A DNA stretch of 64,000 nucleotides from Candidatus Dormiibacterota bacterium (GCA_035552595.1 DASZKZ010000056.1:207-64206); one strand, 5' to 3'. Counted from the stretch's first letter, positions 44,363 to 53,952 are shown. Made by a program: numbers and translations. Notes: generated by a model from the sequence alone, not told the origin.

Positions 44363-45397
44363 GTGGCGGATGAGCAGGATCCCCCCGGCGCTGCCGGCTC
44401 GCGGCGGACCGTGGAGGGCCCCTACTTCGAGGACCTGGCGCGCGGCGACGTCTACTCCGGCTCGCCGGCGCTGACGCTCACCGCCGGCCACGCGGCCGTG
44501 CATCAGGCGGTCACCGGCGATCGCCTCCGCCTCTGTCACGACCACCAGCTCTCGCGCCAGGTCACCGGCGAGGCCGAGCCGCTCCTGCACCCGGCGCTGG
44601 TGTGGGACACCGCCATCGGCCAGTCCAGCGAGGTGACCCGCAACGTCGTGGCCAACCTCTTCTACCGGGGGCTCGCCTTCCGCCGCTTTCCCCATCAGGG
44701 CGACACGCTGCACACCCGCACCGAGGTGGTGGGGCTGCGCCAGAACCGCGCTCGCCCCGGACGCAGCCCCACCGGGCTGGCCCTGCTGCGCATCCGCACC
44801 GTCGACCAGCAGCAGCGCGAGGTGCTCGACTTCCGGCGCTGCGCCATGCTTCCGCTGCGCAGCCCCGAGGCCGTCACCGGTCACGACGACGACCTCGAGG
44901 CGGCGGCGGGGATCGCGGACGGCGACGGCCGCGGCGCCGCCTCCGGCTGGCGGCTCGACGGCTTCCGCGATGTCGCGGGCGGCGCGCACTTCGCGGAGAT
45001 GCGCGCCGGCACGGCGTTCGATGTGGCTGCCGGCGACGTGGTGTCGTCCGCGCCCGAGCTCGCCCGTCTGACCCTCAACATCGCCGCCGTGCACCACGAC
45101 GCCGGCTCGTCCCAGCCGCGCCTGGTGTACGGGGGTCACACCGTGGCCCTGGCCCTCGCCCAGGCCACCAGGGCGATCCCCAACCTGGTGACGGTGCTCG
45201 CCTGGCAGGGCTGTGATCACCTCGCCCCGGTGCGCGAGGGCGACACCCTGCGCAGCGAGGTCACCGTCGAGAGCGTCGAGGGCCTGCCGGCGGGAGGGGG
45301 GCTGATGCGGCTGCGCTCACGCGTTCGCGCGCGCCCGCCGGCCTCGCCCGCCGAGACGCCGGTGCTCGACTGGCGGTTCACCGCCCTGATGGCCTGA
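44363..45397 (+). CDS. MaoC-like (double hot-dog) acyl-CoA hydratase/dehydratase, itaconyl-/mesaconyl-CoA-hydratase-like
   Basis: GPYFEDLARGDVYSGSPALTLTAGHAAVHQAVTGDRLRL.. plus a second hot-dog half. GTG 44363 lies 5 nt after GGAGGG (TTG 44330 and ATG 44342 are alternatives). Confidence 0.7.
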   Translation: MADEQDPPGAAGSRRTVEGPYFEDLARGDVYSGSPALTLTAGHAAVHQAVTGDRLRLCHDHQLSRQVTGEAEPLLHPALVWDTAIGQSSEVTRNVVANLFYRGLAFRRFPHQGDTLHTRTEVVGLRQNRARPGRSPTGLALLRIRTVDQQQREVLDFRRCAMLPLRSPEAVTGHDDDLEAAAGIADGDGRGAASGWRLDGFRDVAGGAHFAEMRAGTAFDVAAGDVVSSAPELARLTLNIAAVHHDAGSSQPRLVYGGHTVALALAQATRAIPNLVTVLAWQGCDHLAPVREGDTLRSEVTVESVEGLPAGGGLMRLRSRVRARPPASPAETPVLDWRFTALMA

Positions 45398-45402
45398 CCC
45401 GG

Positions 45403-46350
45403 ATGCGGGTGGCCGTTCTCGACGACTACCAGCGCGCCGCCGCCTTCGCGGTCGACTGGGCGGGCGGGCTGCCCGGCCACGAGCTCACCTTCGTGCACGA
45501 GCACCTCGAGGGTGCGGCCCTGGTCGACGCGCTCCGCGACGTGGAGGCGGTGGTGGCCATGCGCGAGCGCACCGGCTTCCCCGCGGCGCTGATCGCGCGC
45601 CTGCCCAGGCTGCGCCTGCTGGTCACCACGGGGATGCACAACGCCGCCATCGATGTGGCCGCCGCCACCAGGGCGGGGATCACCGTGTGCGGCACCGGGG
45701 GCTACACCCACTCCGCGGCGGAGCTGACCTGGGGCCTGCTCCTGGCGGTGGCGCGCAGCATCACAGTCGAGGACGCGGACGTGCGCGCCGGGGGCTGGCA
45801 GCGCACCGTCGGCCTCGATCTGGCGGGCAGGACGCTGGCGGTGGTGGGCCTGGGCCGGGTGGGCTCCCGCGTCGCCGCCTACGGCACCGCCTTCGGGATG
45901 CGCGTGGTGGCCTGGAGCCCGCATCTCACCGCCGAGCGGGCCGGCGAGCACGGCGCTGAGCTGGTCTCCCGCGAGGAGGCGTTCGCGAGCGCCGACGCCG
46001 TCTCGCTCCATCTCGTGCTCGGCCGCACCACGCGCGGCCTGATCGGCGAATCCGACCTGCGCCGCATGAAGCGGTCGGGCATCCTGATCAACACTGCGCG
46101 GGGACCGATCATCGAGGAGGCCGCGCTGGTCAGGGCGTTGCGCGAGGGCTGGATCGCCGGCGCCGGGCTCGACGTCTTCGACACCGAGCCGTTGCCCGCG
46201 GGACACGTGCTGCGCAGCCTGCCGCGCACCGTCCTCACCCCCCACCTCGGCTATGTCACGCGCGACACCTACGCGGCGTTCTTCGGTGAGGCGCTCGAGG
46301 ACATCCAGGCATTCCTGGCGGGAACGCCACTGCGGCGGCTGGAACGCTGA
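45403..46350 (+). CDS. D-isomer-specific 2-hydroxyacid dehydrogenase
   Basis: LAGRTLAVVGLGRVGSRVA..LINTARGPIIEE..GAGLDVFDTEP..TPHLGY. Confidence 0.85.
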   Translation: MRVAVLDDYQRAAAFAVDWAGGLPGHELTFVHEHLEGAALVDALRDVEAVVAMRERTGFPAALIARLPRLRLLVTTGMHNAAIDVAAATRAGITVCGTGGYTHSAAELTWGLLLAVARSITVEDADVRAGGWQRTVGLDLAGRTLAVVGLGRVGSRVAAYGTAFGMRVVAWSPHLTAERAGEHGAELVSREEAFASADAVSLHLVLGRTTRGLIGESDLRRMKRSGILINTARGPIIEEAALVRALREGWIAGAGLDVFDTEPLPAGHVLRSLPRTVLTPHLGYVTRDTYAAFFGEALEDIQAFLAGTPLRRLER

Positions 46351-46354
46351 GAGC

Positions 46355-47278
46355 ATGAGCACAGCGCAGCAGCGTCGCGTCCGTCTCCGCGAGCTGATCG
46401 GCGGCCCCGGCATCGTGATGGTGCCCGGCGTGGCCACCGCGCTCAACGCGCGGCTGGCGGAGCAGGCGGGTTTCGAGGTCGTCTTCGCCACCGGTTCGGG
46501 CATGGCCAACACCATCTTCGGGCTCCCCGACCTCGGCCTGGTGAGCATGCGCGAGGTGGTCGACCTCACCCGCCTGATCGTCGACGCGACCGACCTGCCG
46601 GTGATCGCCGACGCCGACACCGGCTACGGCAACCACCTCAACGTGGTCCGCACCACGCGCGAGATGGAGGCCGCCGGCGTCGCCGCGATGGTGCTCGAGG
46701 ACCAGGTCACGCCCAAGCGGTGCGGGCACTTCGCCGGCAAGGCGGTGGTCTCGGCGCGGGAGATGGTCGAGAAGCTGGTCGCGGCCGTGCGGGCGCGCCG
46801 CGACCCCGAGATGGTGATCGTGGCGCGCACCGATGCCATCGCCGTCGAAGGCCTGGCGGGCGCCCTCGACCGCGCCCGCCTCTACGTGACGGCGGGCGCC
46901 GACGTGGTCTTCGTGGAGGCGCCCCGGACGCTCGACGAGGTGCGCGAGATCCCCCGTGCCGTCCCGGCGCCCTGCCTGATCAACATCGTCGAGGGCGGAC
47001 GCACGCCGCTGCTGCCGGCCGCCGAGCTGGAGGAGGCGGGCTATCGCTTCGCCCTCTACGCCAACGTGGCCCTGCGGGCCGGCTCGAAGAGCGTGGAGGA
47101 CGCGTTCGCGGCACTGCGGCGTGACGGTGGCACGGCGGCGCTGATCGACCGCATGCAGGGGTGGGCGCGGCGTCAGGAATCGGTCGACCTGCCCGGCTGG
47201 GAGGAGCTGGACACCAGCATCGGCGAGGCGGCTCGGCGGATCGTGGGAGACGACGGCGAGGTCAGAGGAGGCAGCTGA
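46355..47278 (+). CDS. Isocitrate lyase/PEP mutase family lyase (methylisocitrate-lyase / dimethylmalate-lyase / oxaloacetate-decarboxylase-like)
   Basis: PVIADADTGYGN..EDQVTPKRCGHFAGK..IVARTDA..VFVEAP. Confidence 0.85.
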   Translation: MSTAQQRRVRLRELIGGPGIVMVPGVATALNARLAEQAGFEVVFATGSGMANTIFGLPDLGLVSMREVVDLTRLIVDATDLPVIADADTGYGNHLNVVRTTREMEAAGVAAMVLEDQVTPKRCGHFAGKAVVSAREMVEKLVAAVRARRDPEMVIVARTDAIAVEGLAGALDRARLYVTAGADVVFVEAPRTLDEVREIPRAVPAPCLINIVEGGRTPLLPAAELEEAGYRFALYANVALRAGSKSVEDAFAALRRDGGTAALIDRMQGWARRQESVDLPGWEELDTSIGEAARRIVGDDGEVRGGS

Positions 47279-48066
47279 TGGGATCGCTCGATGGAAGAGT
47301 CGCAATCGTCACCGGGGCCGGCTCGGTGGGCAGCGGGGTGGGCAACGGCCGCGCCATCGCCGTGCTCCTCGCCCGCCAGGGAGCCAGGCTGGGGTTGATC
47401 GACAGCCAGGCCGAGCCGGCCGCGGAGACGGCGCGGCTGGTCGAGCGCGAGGGCGGGGCCGCGGTGGTGCACCTCGCCGACGTCGGCGACGCCACCGGCT
47501 GCCACGACGCTGTCGACGCGGTGACCGGCGCCTTCGGCGGCCTGCACATTCTGGTCAACAACGTCGGTATCACGGGCGCGCGCGGCACCGCCGTGGATGT
47601 CGACCCCGACGGCTGGGACGAGGTGATGCGCGTCAATGTCAAGTCGATCATGCTGATGGCCAAGTTCGCGGTGCCCGAGATCACCGCGTCCGGCGGAGGG
47701 GCGATCGTCAACATCGCGTCCATCGCGGGGCTCCGCGGCGGCCACCCCAGCCTCGCCTATCCGACCTCGAAGGGCGCGGTGGTCAACATGACTCGCGCCA
47801 TGGCCTCACATCACGCCGGCGCCGCCATCAGGGTGAACTGCGTCGCCCCGGGGCTGATCCACACACCACGCGTGGAGGCACGCGGCGGTGGCGAGGTGCG
47901 CGAGGCGCGGCGGCTGGCCGCGCCGCTGAAGACCGAGGGCACCGCGTGGGACGTCGCCGAGGCGGTCCTCTACCTGGTCAGCGACGCCTCGCGATGGATC
48001 ACCGGGCAGATCCTCACCGTCGACGCGGGACTGCTCTCCACCAGCGGCGCGGTGGGGGCGCACTGA
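47278..48066 (+). CDS. Short-chain dehydrogenase/reductase (SDR)
   Basis: RVAIVTGAGSVGSGVG..NNVG..S..YPTSKGAV. The ATG shares one base with the preceding stop (TGATG). Confidence 0.9.
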   Translation: MGSLDGRVAIVTGAGSVGSGVGNGRAIAVLLARQGARLGLIDSQAEPAAETARLVEREGGAAVVHLADVGDATGCHDAVDAVTGAFGGLHILVNNVGITGARGTAVDVDPDGWDEVMRVNVKSIMLMAKFAVPEITASGGGAIVNIASIAGLRGGHPSLAYPTSKGAVVNMTRAMASHHAGAAIRVNCVAPGLIHTPRVEARGGGEVREARRLAAPLKTEGTAWDVAEAVLYLVSDASRWITGQILTVDAGLLSTSGAVGAH

Positions 48067-48085
48067 GCGCATCACAGCGGGTCGT

Positions 48086-48517
48086 TCAGCCGTCGACGCG
48101 TGCCGCTCTGCGATCGCCGCTGGAGAGATGCTCGACCGTCTCCCCGGTCGCACAGATGGTGCGGGTCACCCTGCGGCCGCCGTACACCCAGTAGATGCGC
48201 AACTCGCCGGCGCCGCGGTTGGCGAAGGCATGCGGCACGCCCGCGCTCACCCACGTGGCCCAGCCCGTGCTCACCTCGAGACGCTCCTCGCCGATGGTCA
48301 CGGACGCCTCGCCGCTGAGCACCAGCACCGTCTCCTCGACATTGTGGGTGTGCAGGGGGATGGCGGTTCCGGGAGCGAAGATGGTGACCCCGGTGGTGAC
48401 CGTGGTGGTCGTGGAGTTCCAGGCGCCCACGTAGGGAAGGGTGATCACGCCGCTGCCACGGTCGAACGGCAGGATCGCCCCGGGGTCGACGACGATCCTC
48501 TCGTCCGTCTCCGGCAT
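48086..48517 (-). CDS. Cupin-domain protein
   Basis: 143 aa: ..GTAIPLHTHNVEETVLVLSGEASV..VSAGVPHAFAN. The ORF's upstream 143 codons were discarded. Confidence 0.7.
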   Translation of the reverse strand: MPETDERIVVDPGAILPFDRGSGVITLPYVGAWNSTTTTVTTGVTIFAPGTAIPLHTHNVEETVLVLSGEASVTIGEERLEVSTGWATWVSAGVPHAFANRGAGELRIYWVYGGRRVTRTICATGETVEHLSSGDRRAARVDG

Positions 48518-48561
48518 GCGCCGATTATCCGTGCTCAGCTCACCAGGGTGAGGGGAGCGCG

Positions 48562-49644
48562 TCACGAACGCGTCCGAGACCCCTTGGCGTGCGGCAGGTA
48601 GCTGCGATCCCCGATCCACTGAGCGGGGCGGATCGCCATCCGGCGGGCCAGCTGGTTGAGGGGCAGGGCATAGCGGCTGCGCAGAGCCACGAACTCCTCC
48701 CATGCGTCCTCGCCGCCGCGGCAGTGATATCCCGCGCTCTTGAGACGTCCGCGGGCCTCGTCGAACTCGTGCCTCTCCACCACCGCCGACGGTGACTTCT
48801 CCAGGCGGAAATACCAGCCCAGGTCCTCGACCAGATGGTTGCCGACCTTCATGAGGAGTTGCGCCGAGCCCTCCAGCGCCTCGGCCTCGACGCTGCTGAT
48901 CACCAGGGTGGCGGCGTCCATCACAGCACCGAACGAGTTGAGCCACGCCTCGTTGTCATGGCTGGAGCGGAAGTAGATGAGGATGGGATAGGCCAGATGG
49001 CTCTCCAGCACGGCCGCCGACCACCGTCGCCACTCGTCGAACGTGGTGCTCACCGTGTCGGGCATGTGGTACCTGGCCGCCACCTCGAGGATCTGGACGC
49101 CCGACGGCGGTGCTCCCGCCAGCGCGTCGAGGGTGACCACCAGCTCTTCGCGGTCCTGGAACGACCGGTACAGCGAGAACAGGAGGCTGATCACCAGAGC
49201 GATCAGCGCCAGGCCGGTGGCGGCCTCGGCGATGGTGATGGCCCGCGCACCCCCGCCCAGAGGCAGGATGTCGCCGTAGCTGAGGGGAAAGAGCGTGGCC
49301 GCGGAGATGTAGACCGAGGTCCAGAGGTCGGCCGGAGCCGGCTGGAGCTGGTCGCGCACCCCGTCGATGAGCAGCCCGTAGCCGAGGATCAGGCCGAGCA
49401 CCCACATTCCCAGCACGACGAGGACCGCCACCGGACCGAAGGTGGCCAGCCAGTTCTCCCGGCGTTCGGTGCGACGCCGGCGAGCACCCACCCAGCGCCA
49501 GCCCGCCCAGAGCGGCCGCAGGGTGAGCTCAGAGAGACGCCACCGCCCCACCGACGGCCGCGGCAGCACGACCGATTGGAAGAGGTCGTGGAGGATGGCG
49601 ATGAGGATGAAAAGTCCCAACGCCAGCTCGGCGGGTCGGAGCAT
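48562..49644 (-). CDS. Potassium-channel-like (two-TM pore domain) membrane protein with a non-canonical filter
   Basis: TM segments flank a pore-helix-like LWTSVYISAATLFPLSYGDILP. The C-terminal soluble domain of about 190 aa has unknown function. Confidence 0.55.
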   Translation of the reverse strand: MLRPAELALGLFILIAILHDLFQSVVLPRPSVGRWRLSELTLRPLWAGWRWVGARRRRTERRENWLATFGPVAVLVVLGMWVLGLILGYGLLIDGVRDQLQPAPADLWTSVYISAATLFPLSYGDILPLGGGARAITIAEAATGLALIALVISLLFSLYRSFQDREELVVTLDALAGAPPSGVQILEVAARYHMPDTVSTTFDEWRRWSAAVLESHLAYPILIYFRSSHDNEAWLNSFGAVMDAATLVISSVEAEALEGSAQLLMKVGNHLVEDLGWYFRLEKSPSAVVERHEFDEARGRLKSAGYHCRGGEDAWEEFVALRSRYALPLNQLARRMAIRPAQWIGDRSYLPHAKGSRTRS

Positions 49645-49695
49645 GTGCGAGGACAGTAGCGACCGCGGTCCCGTCTCGTCGCGGCCGGCGTGCCG

Positions 49696-50631
49696 CTACC
49701 TGCGTGCCGCGGCCACTCCTGCCCCACCAGGTGCCGGCGGGACCGCCACCGCGGTGAGCTCCGGGTCCCAGCTCATCAGGCTGGCTGCGGCCGCGTAGCT
49801 GCTCCGAGCGAAGTCGAGGATGTCCTGCTCGGGGTCGGAGGCGGAGCGAGCCGTCTCGTAGGGCAGGAGGAACTCACCCGCGGCCCGGTTCCACTCCGCG
49901 CCGGGGGGCGCGATCCTCGCCTCATGCAAGCCCGTGGGCTTGGGGAACCCATAGGCGTAGAAGGCAGGGTATGGGACCCGCTCGTCACCTGGCCACCAGC
50001 CCGTGCAGATGGCCTCGGCGTCGCCACCGAAACGTGCGATGACGCCGGCTCCCGGCGGCGGCGTCACCGCCCGCCCCGAGTAGCGCATCAGCGCGAGGTC
50101 GAAGGTGCCCCAGAAGAACTGCACCGGAGTGCTGCGTCCGCGGAACGCCGCCCTGTGCTCCTTGAAGATGAGGTCAATCATGGACAGAACATGGAAGAAA
50201 CGCTCCACCTGCCGCGTATCGTAGGTGGCGTGCTCACGGTCATCGGGAAACGGGATCGGATCGGCAACCTCGGACGGCAGCACCGAGATGGTGACGTCGA
50301 CCTGCAAGCGTGTCAGCGCACCGACCACGTCCGAGTAGAGATCCGCCACCGCACCGCCGAGGGGGAGGCGCTCGACGCGGCCGTCGCTGCTGCGCAGCAC
50401 CAGAACGTGCTCGATGAGGTCGAGATCGGCGTCGACGGCTCGCAACCCGACCGGCATGGGCGAGGTGGTCAAACCGCGCGCCGTGAGGTAGAGGGGGACG
50501 TTCCCCCACTCCGGCTCGAACGGGCTCAGCGCGAGGCGCAGCTTGCCGAGCACCTGGGTGTACATGTGCAGGGTGTCGCGGGTGGCCCGCCACTCCTCAT
50601 ACGGAAGTGCCGGCCAGCCGTTCTCGATCAC
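49696..50631 (-). CDS. Conserved hypothetical protein, DUF5996-like
   Basis: VIENGWPALPYEEWRATRDTLHMYTQVLGKLRLAL.. matches my recollection of DUF5996 N-termini. GTG 50631 forms a GTGA overlap with the upstream ORF. Confidence 0.5.
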   Translation of the reverse strand: MIENGWPALPYEEWRATRDTLHMYTQVLGKLRLALSPFEPEWGNVPLYLTARGLTTSPMPVGLRAVDADLDLIEHVLVLRSSDGRVERLPLGGAVADLYSDVVGALTRLQVDVTISVLPSEVADPIPFPDDREHATYDTRQVERFFHVLSMIDLIFKEHRAAFRGRSTPVQFFWGTFDLALMRYSGRAVTPPPGAGVIARFGGDAEAICTGWWPGDERVPYPAFYAYGFPKPTGLHEARIAPPGAEWNRAAGEFLLPYETARSASDPEQDILDFARSSYAAAASLMSWDPELTAVAVPPAPGGAGVAAARR

Positions 50632-51056
50632 GGGTGGGCCGCGGCGGTGAGCAGCCACGGCAGTGCCGATGCCATGGGTGTGACCAGCGTCTCGGCGCGG
50701 CGCGCGTCGAGCTCCGGCCGGGCGAGGAGTGCGAGCGCGGCGCCGAGAAGAGCGTCCTCCGCGCTGTGCCCCACGTCGCCGTGCTCCGCACGCCACGCCA
50801 GCAGCGGGACGCCGCGTTCGGTGAGGCCGAGGAGACGGTTGCGCAGGTCGTCCCACTGGGCGCCACGCCCGGTGCTCTCCAGAACCTCGAGAGCAGCCCG
50901 CTCCGCCTCGCGGTGGACGTCAGGGACGCGCTGCTCCCAGCCCGCCGCGATCCGCTCGATGCCGGAGGGGCCGAGGGTGCGGCAGTCCTCGAGCAGGCGA
51001 TCCAGCGGCGTCTGGCCAGGACGCTGTCCGTATCCGTCGTTGTCCACCAGACCCAC
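50628..51056 (-). CDS. Hypothetical protein (142 aa), translationally coupled to the DUF5996-like gene
   Basis: The composition looks like coding sequence and the stop overlaps the downstream start. I recognise no family. Confidence 0.4.
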   Translation of the reverse strand: MGLVDNDGYGQRPGQTPLDRLLEDCRTLGPSGIERIAAGWEQRVPDVHREAERAALEVLESTGRGAQWDDLRNRLLGLTERGVPLLAWRAEHGDVGHSAEDALLGAALALLARPELDARRAETLVTPMASALPWLLTAAAHP

Positions 51057-51086
51057 CTCCTCGAGCGTTCCGCGACGTCCTCAAGT

Positions 51087-51108
51087 GTGACGCAGGCGGG
51101 CGCGTCAC
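51087..51108 (-). terminator. Hairpin downstream of the ABC-2 exporter operon
   Basis: GTGACGC-aggcgggc-GCGTCAC (7-bp arms) in the 84-nt gap after the permease stop. The U-tract is weak or absent. Confidence 0.25.
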
Positions 51109-51140
51109 CGCGGACCTGAGGCGCGCGTCGAGTTGGTTCA

Positions 51141-52040
51141 TCAGTCGCGGTGGCGGAAGGAGCGCATGGCCACGCTCAGCGTCAGGGCGCTGAACACCAG
51201 CAGGATGCCGACGTCGACCATGATCGGCACCACATAGCTGCCAATGGTCACCGAGGTGAGCCGGTCGACCGCGGCCTGGGGCACCCCCGAGCCGCCCAGG
51301 ATCGCGGACCGGACGGGGGCGATCCCGTAGGCGACCGGATCGAAGCGGGTCAGCGCAGTCATCCAACCCGGCAGCCCGCTCAGCGGGAAGAGAGCTCCGC
51401 TGAGAAAGAACATCGGCATCATCAGGAAGTTCATCACCACCTGGAAGCCCTGCATGGTCTTGATGCGGGCGGAGATCGCCACCCCCAAACAGGTGAGAGA
51501 GAAGGCCAGCACGAAGAGAAGCGGGATGACCTCGATGACGGAGACGACGGTGAGGTGGACGCCGACGAACGGCGCGAACACCAGCATCACCACGCCCTGC
51601 ACCGCCGCCTGGGTGGCGCCTCCCAGGGCCTTGCCGATGGCCACCGCAGAGCGGCTGATGGGCGCCACCAGAATCTCGCGCAGGAAGCCGAACTCGCGGT
51701 CCCAGACCACCGACATGGCGCTGAAGATGGCGGTGAAGAGGACCGCCATGCCGAGCACCCCGGGATAGAGGAACTGGATGTAGCTGAACGAGGACGGCAA
51801 CCCGCGGCCGATCGACCCAGCGCGACCGAGTGACGAGCTCAGCCCCACCCCGAAGATGGCCAGGTACAGCACCGGCTGTGCCAGGGACATGACCAGGCGC
51901 ACGCGGTCGCGCCAGAAACGGATGACGTCGCGGTACCAGATGATGGACACCGCCTGCGTGAGCGGCACGGTCACCCGGCGGGGCGCGCTGCTGAGCGTGG
52001 CGGGAGGAGCCGCCTGGTCGGCGACGGTCTCGACTGTCAC
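51141..52040 (-). CDS. ABC-2 type transporter permease
   Basis: 299 aa with six hydrophobic segments; 4-nt overlap with the ATPase gene. Confidence 0.8.
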   Translation of the reverse strand: MTVETVADQAAPPATLSSAPRRVTVPLTQAVSIIWYRDVIRFWRDRVRLVMSLAQPVLYLAIFGVGLSSSLGRAGSIGRGLPSSFSYIQFLYPGVLGMAVLFTAIFSAMSVVWDREFGFLREILVAPISRSAVAIGKALGGATQAAVQGVVMLVFAPFVGVHLTVVSVIEVIPLLFVLAFSLTCLGVAISARIKTMQGFQVVMNFLMMPMFFLSGALFPLSGLPGWMTALTRFDPVAYGIAPVRSAILGGSGVPQAAVDRLTSVTIGSYVVPIMVDVGILLVFSALTLSVAMRSFRHRD

Positions 52041-53065
52041 CGGCGGCCTCGCGCGGCGAACGCTCGCATCATCGAGGTCCGGCCCTCGGCCTCGGCGTCG
52101 CGGATGGCGCGGCCGGTGAGCTTCAGGAAGACGTCGTCCAGGCTGGGCCGGCGGACGGTGACCGTCCTCACCGGCACAGAGAGCGCGGTGACCAGGAGCG
52201 GCACGAACTGGGCGCCGTCCTGGACCTCGACTCGGAGCGTGTCGCCATCCTGGACGGGGCTGACCCCGAGCTTGGCCTCGATCTCCCCGGCGGCGCGGGC
52301 GTCGTCAGCGGTGCTGACCACCACGATGTCCCCGCCGACCTGTGCCTTGAGCTCGTCGGGCGTTCCCTGGGCCACGATGGTGCCGTGGTCGATGATGGCG
52401 ATTCGGTCGCAGAACTCGGCCTCCTCCATGTAGTGCGTGGTCATGAAGATGGTCAGCCCGGTGGTCGCGCGGATCCTGCCGAGGTGCTCCCAGACGTTGG
52501 CGCGGGTCTGCGGATCCAGGCCCTGGGTGGGCTCGTCGAGGAAGAGCACCTCCGGTGCGTGGAGGATGCCGCGGGCGATCTCCAGCCTCCGCTTCATCCC
52601 CCCCGAGAAGGTGCTCACCAGGGCGCCGGCGCGGTCGGAGAGGTCGACGGTGGCCAGCGCGGCGCTGATCCGATCCCGGCGCTGCTGGCGCGGCACCCCG
52701 TACACCATGGCGTGGAAGAGCAGGTTCTCGCGGGCGGTCAGCTGGACGTCCAGCGAGGGATCTTGAAACACCAGGCCGATGCGCGCCCGCACGCCGTCGG
52801 GGTCGCGGCTGACGTCGACACCGGCCACCGATGCGGTCCCCGAGGTCGGCTTCAGGAGCGTGCAGAGCACCGAGATGGTGGTCGACTTGCCGGCGCCGTT
52901 GGGACCGAGGAAGCCGAAGATCTCGCCACGGCGCACCGCGAGGTCGATGCCCCCCACCGCCTCGACCGAGCCGTACCTCTTGACCAGGGCGGTGACGGCG
53001 ATGACCACGGACGGGTCCTCGGCGGCGGCGGGCAGCGGGCTCTCATCGACAGCGACGGCAGGCAT
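52037..53065 (-). CDS. ABC transporter ATP-binding protein (DrrA/ABC-2 exporter type)
   Basis: FGFLGPNGAGKSTT, FSGGMKRRLEIARG, LFLDEPTQGLD. Start taken at Met21 of the ORF (MPAVAVDES..). Confidence 0.9.
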   Translation of the reverse strand: MPAVAVDESPLPAAAEDPSVVIAVTALVKRYGSVEAVGGIDLAVRRGEIFGFLGPNGAGKSTTISVLCTLLKPTSGTASVAGVDVSRDPDGVRARIGLVFQDPSLDVQLTARENLLFHAMVYGVPRQQRRDRISAALATVDLSDRAGALVSTFSGGMKRRLEIARGILHAPEVLFLDEPTQGLDPQTRANVWEHLGRIRATTGLTIFMTTHYMEEAEFCDRIAIIDHGTIVAQGTPDELKAQVGGDIVVVSTADDARAAGEIEAKLGVSPVQDGDTLRVEVQDGAQFVPLLVTALSVPVRTVTVRRPSLDDVFLKLTGRAIRDAEAEGRTSMMRAFAARGRR

Positions 53066-53211
53066 GCCGCCAGTTTGCCGCCTCGCGGCCGGATGGGCAC
53101 GCCCGCGCCGCTGTCGCCCTTCCATCCGCGTCAGGAGCCGGTGCCGGCGCGCTAAGGTGCGCCCCCGTGGCCCGCATGCCGTCGATGCTCGCCCCCACCG
53201 CGCACTGAGCC

Positions 53212-53952
53212 GTGCTCACTGTCGACTTCGCCCGACTCCGCCTCCAGCCGGGCATGCGGGTGCTCGACGTCGGCTGTGGCAGCGGCCGCCACGCGTTCGA
53301 AGCGCTCCGCCGCGGTGCCGACGTGATCGCCGCCGACCTCGACTCCGCTGCCCTCGCCGGCGTGGGGGACATGGCGGCGGCGATGGCGGCGGCGGGTGAG
53401 GTGGCCGGGGGGGGCGGGCTGCGCACGGTCGTCGCCGACGCGCGCACCCTGCCGTTCGAGGACGAGGCGTTCGACGTGGTCATCGCCGCCGAGGTGCTCG
53501 AGCACATCCGAGAGGACCGGGCCGCCATCGCCGAGCTCTGCCGCGTCCTCCGACCGGGTGGGGTGCTGGCGGTCACGGTGCCGCGATGGTGGCCCGAGAG
53601 GGTGTGCTGGGCGCTCTCCAGCGAGTACCACGACATCCCCGGCGGCCACGTGCGCATCTACCGGCGCTCCGACCTGGTCCGCCGCCTGCGCGGGTCGGGC
53701 CTGGTCGTCGCCCCATCTCACCATCACGCCCACGCCCTCCACTCGCCCTACTGGTGGCTGCGCTGTGCCCTGGGGATGTCTCGCGAGCAGGCCCTGGCCG
53801 CGCGGCTGTACCACCGCTTCCTGGTCTACGACCTGATGCGCCGCCCGCGCTGGACGCGCAGCCTGGAGCGCGCCCTCAACCCCGTGCTCGGCAAGAGCAT
53901 GGTGGTCTACGCGCGGCGGCCGGAGCCGGCCGGCGCCGTCGCCCGCTCATGA
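53212..53952 (+). CDS. Class I SAM-dependent methyltransferase
   Basis: RVLDVGCGSGRHAFEAL..DVVIAAEVLEHI..LRPGGVLAVTVP. Confidence 0.8.
   Translation: MLTVDFARLRLQPGMRVLDVGCGSGRHAFEALRRGADVIAADLDSAALAGVGDMAAAMAAAGEVAGGGGLRTVVADARTLPFEDEAFDVVIAAEVLEHIREDRAAIAELCRVLRPGGVLAVTVPRWWPERVCWALSSEYHDIPGGHVRIYRRSDLVRRLRGSGLVVAPSHHHAHALHSPYWWLRCALGMSREQALAARLYHRFLVYDLMRRPRWTRSLERALNPVLGKSMVVYARRPEPAGAVARS

Noticed and set aside
53038-53101. Apparent 1-nt disagreement between my hand translation of the printed bases and the supplied ORF translations
   Set aside because: Both strands' ORF-track translations (52037-53125 minus, 52779-53399 plus) agree with each other. The mismatch is therefore most likely my own reading or indexing slip. 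I used the ORF-track frames, and the motif coordinates I give elsewhere could be off by 1 nt.
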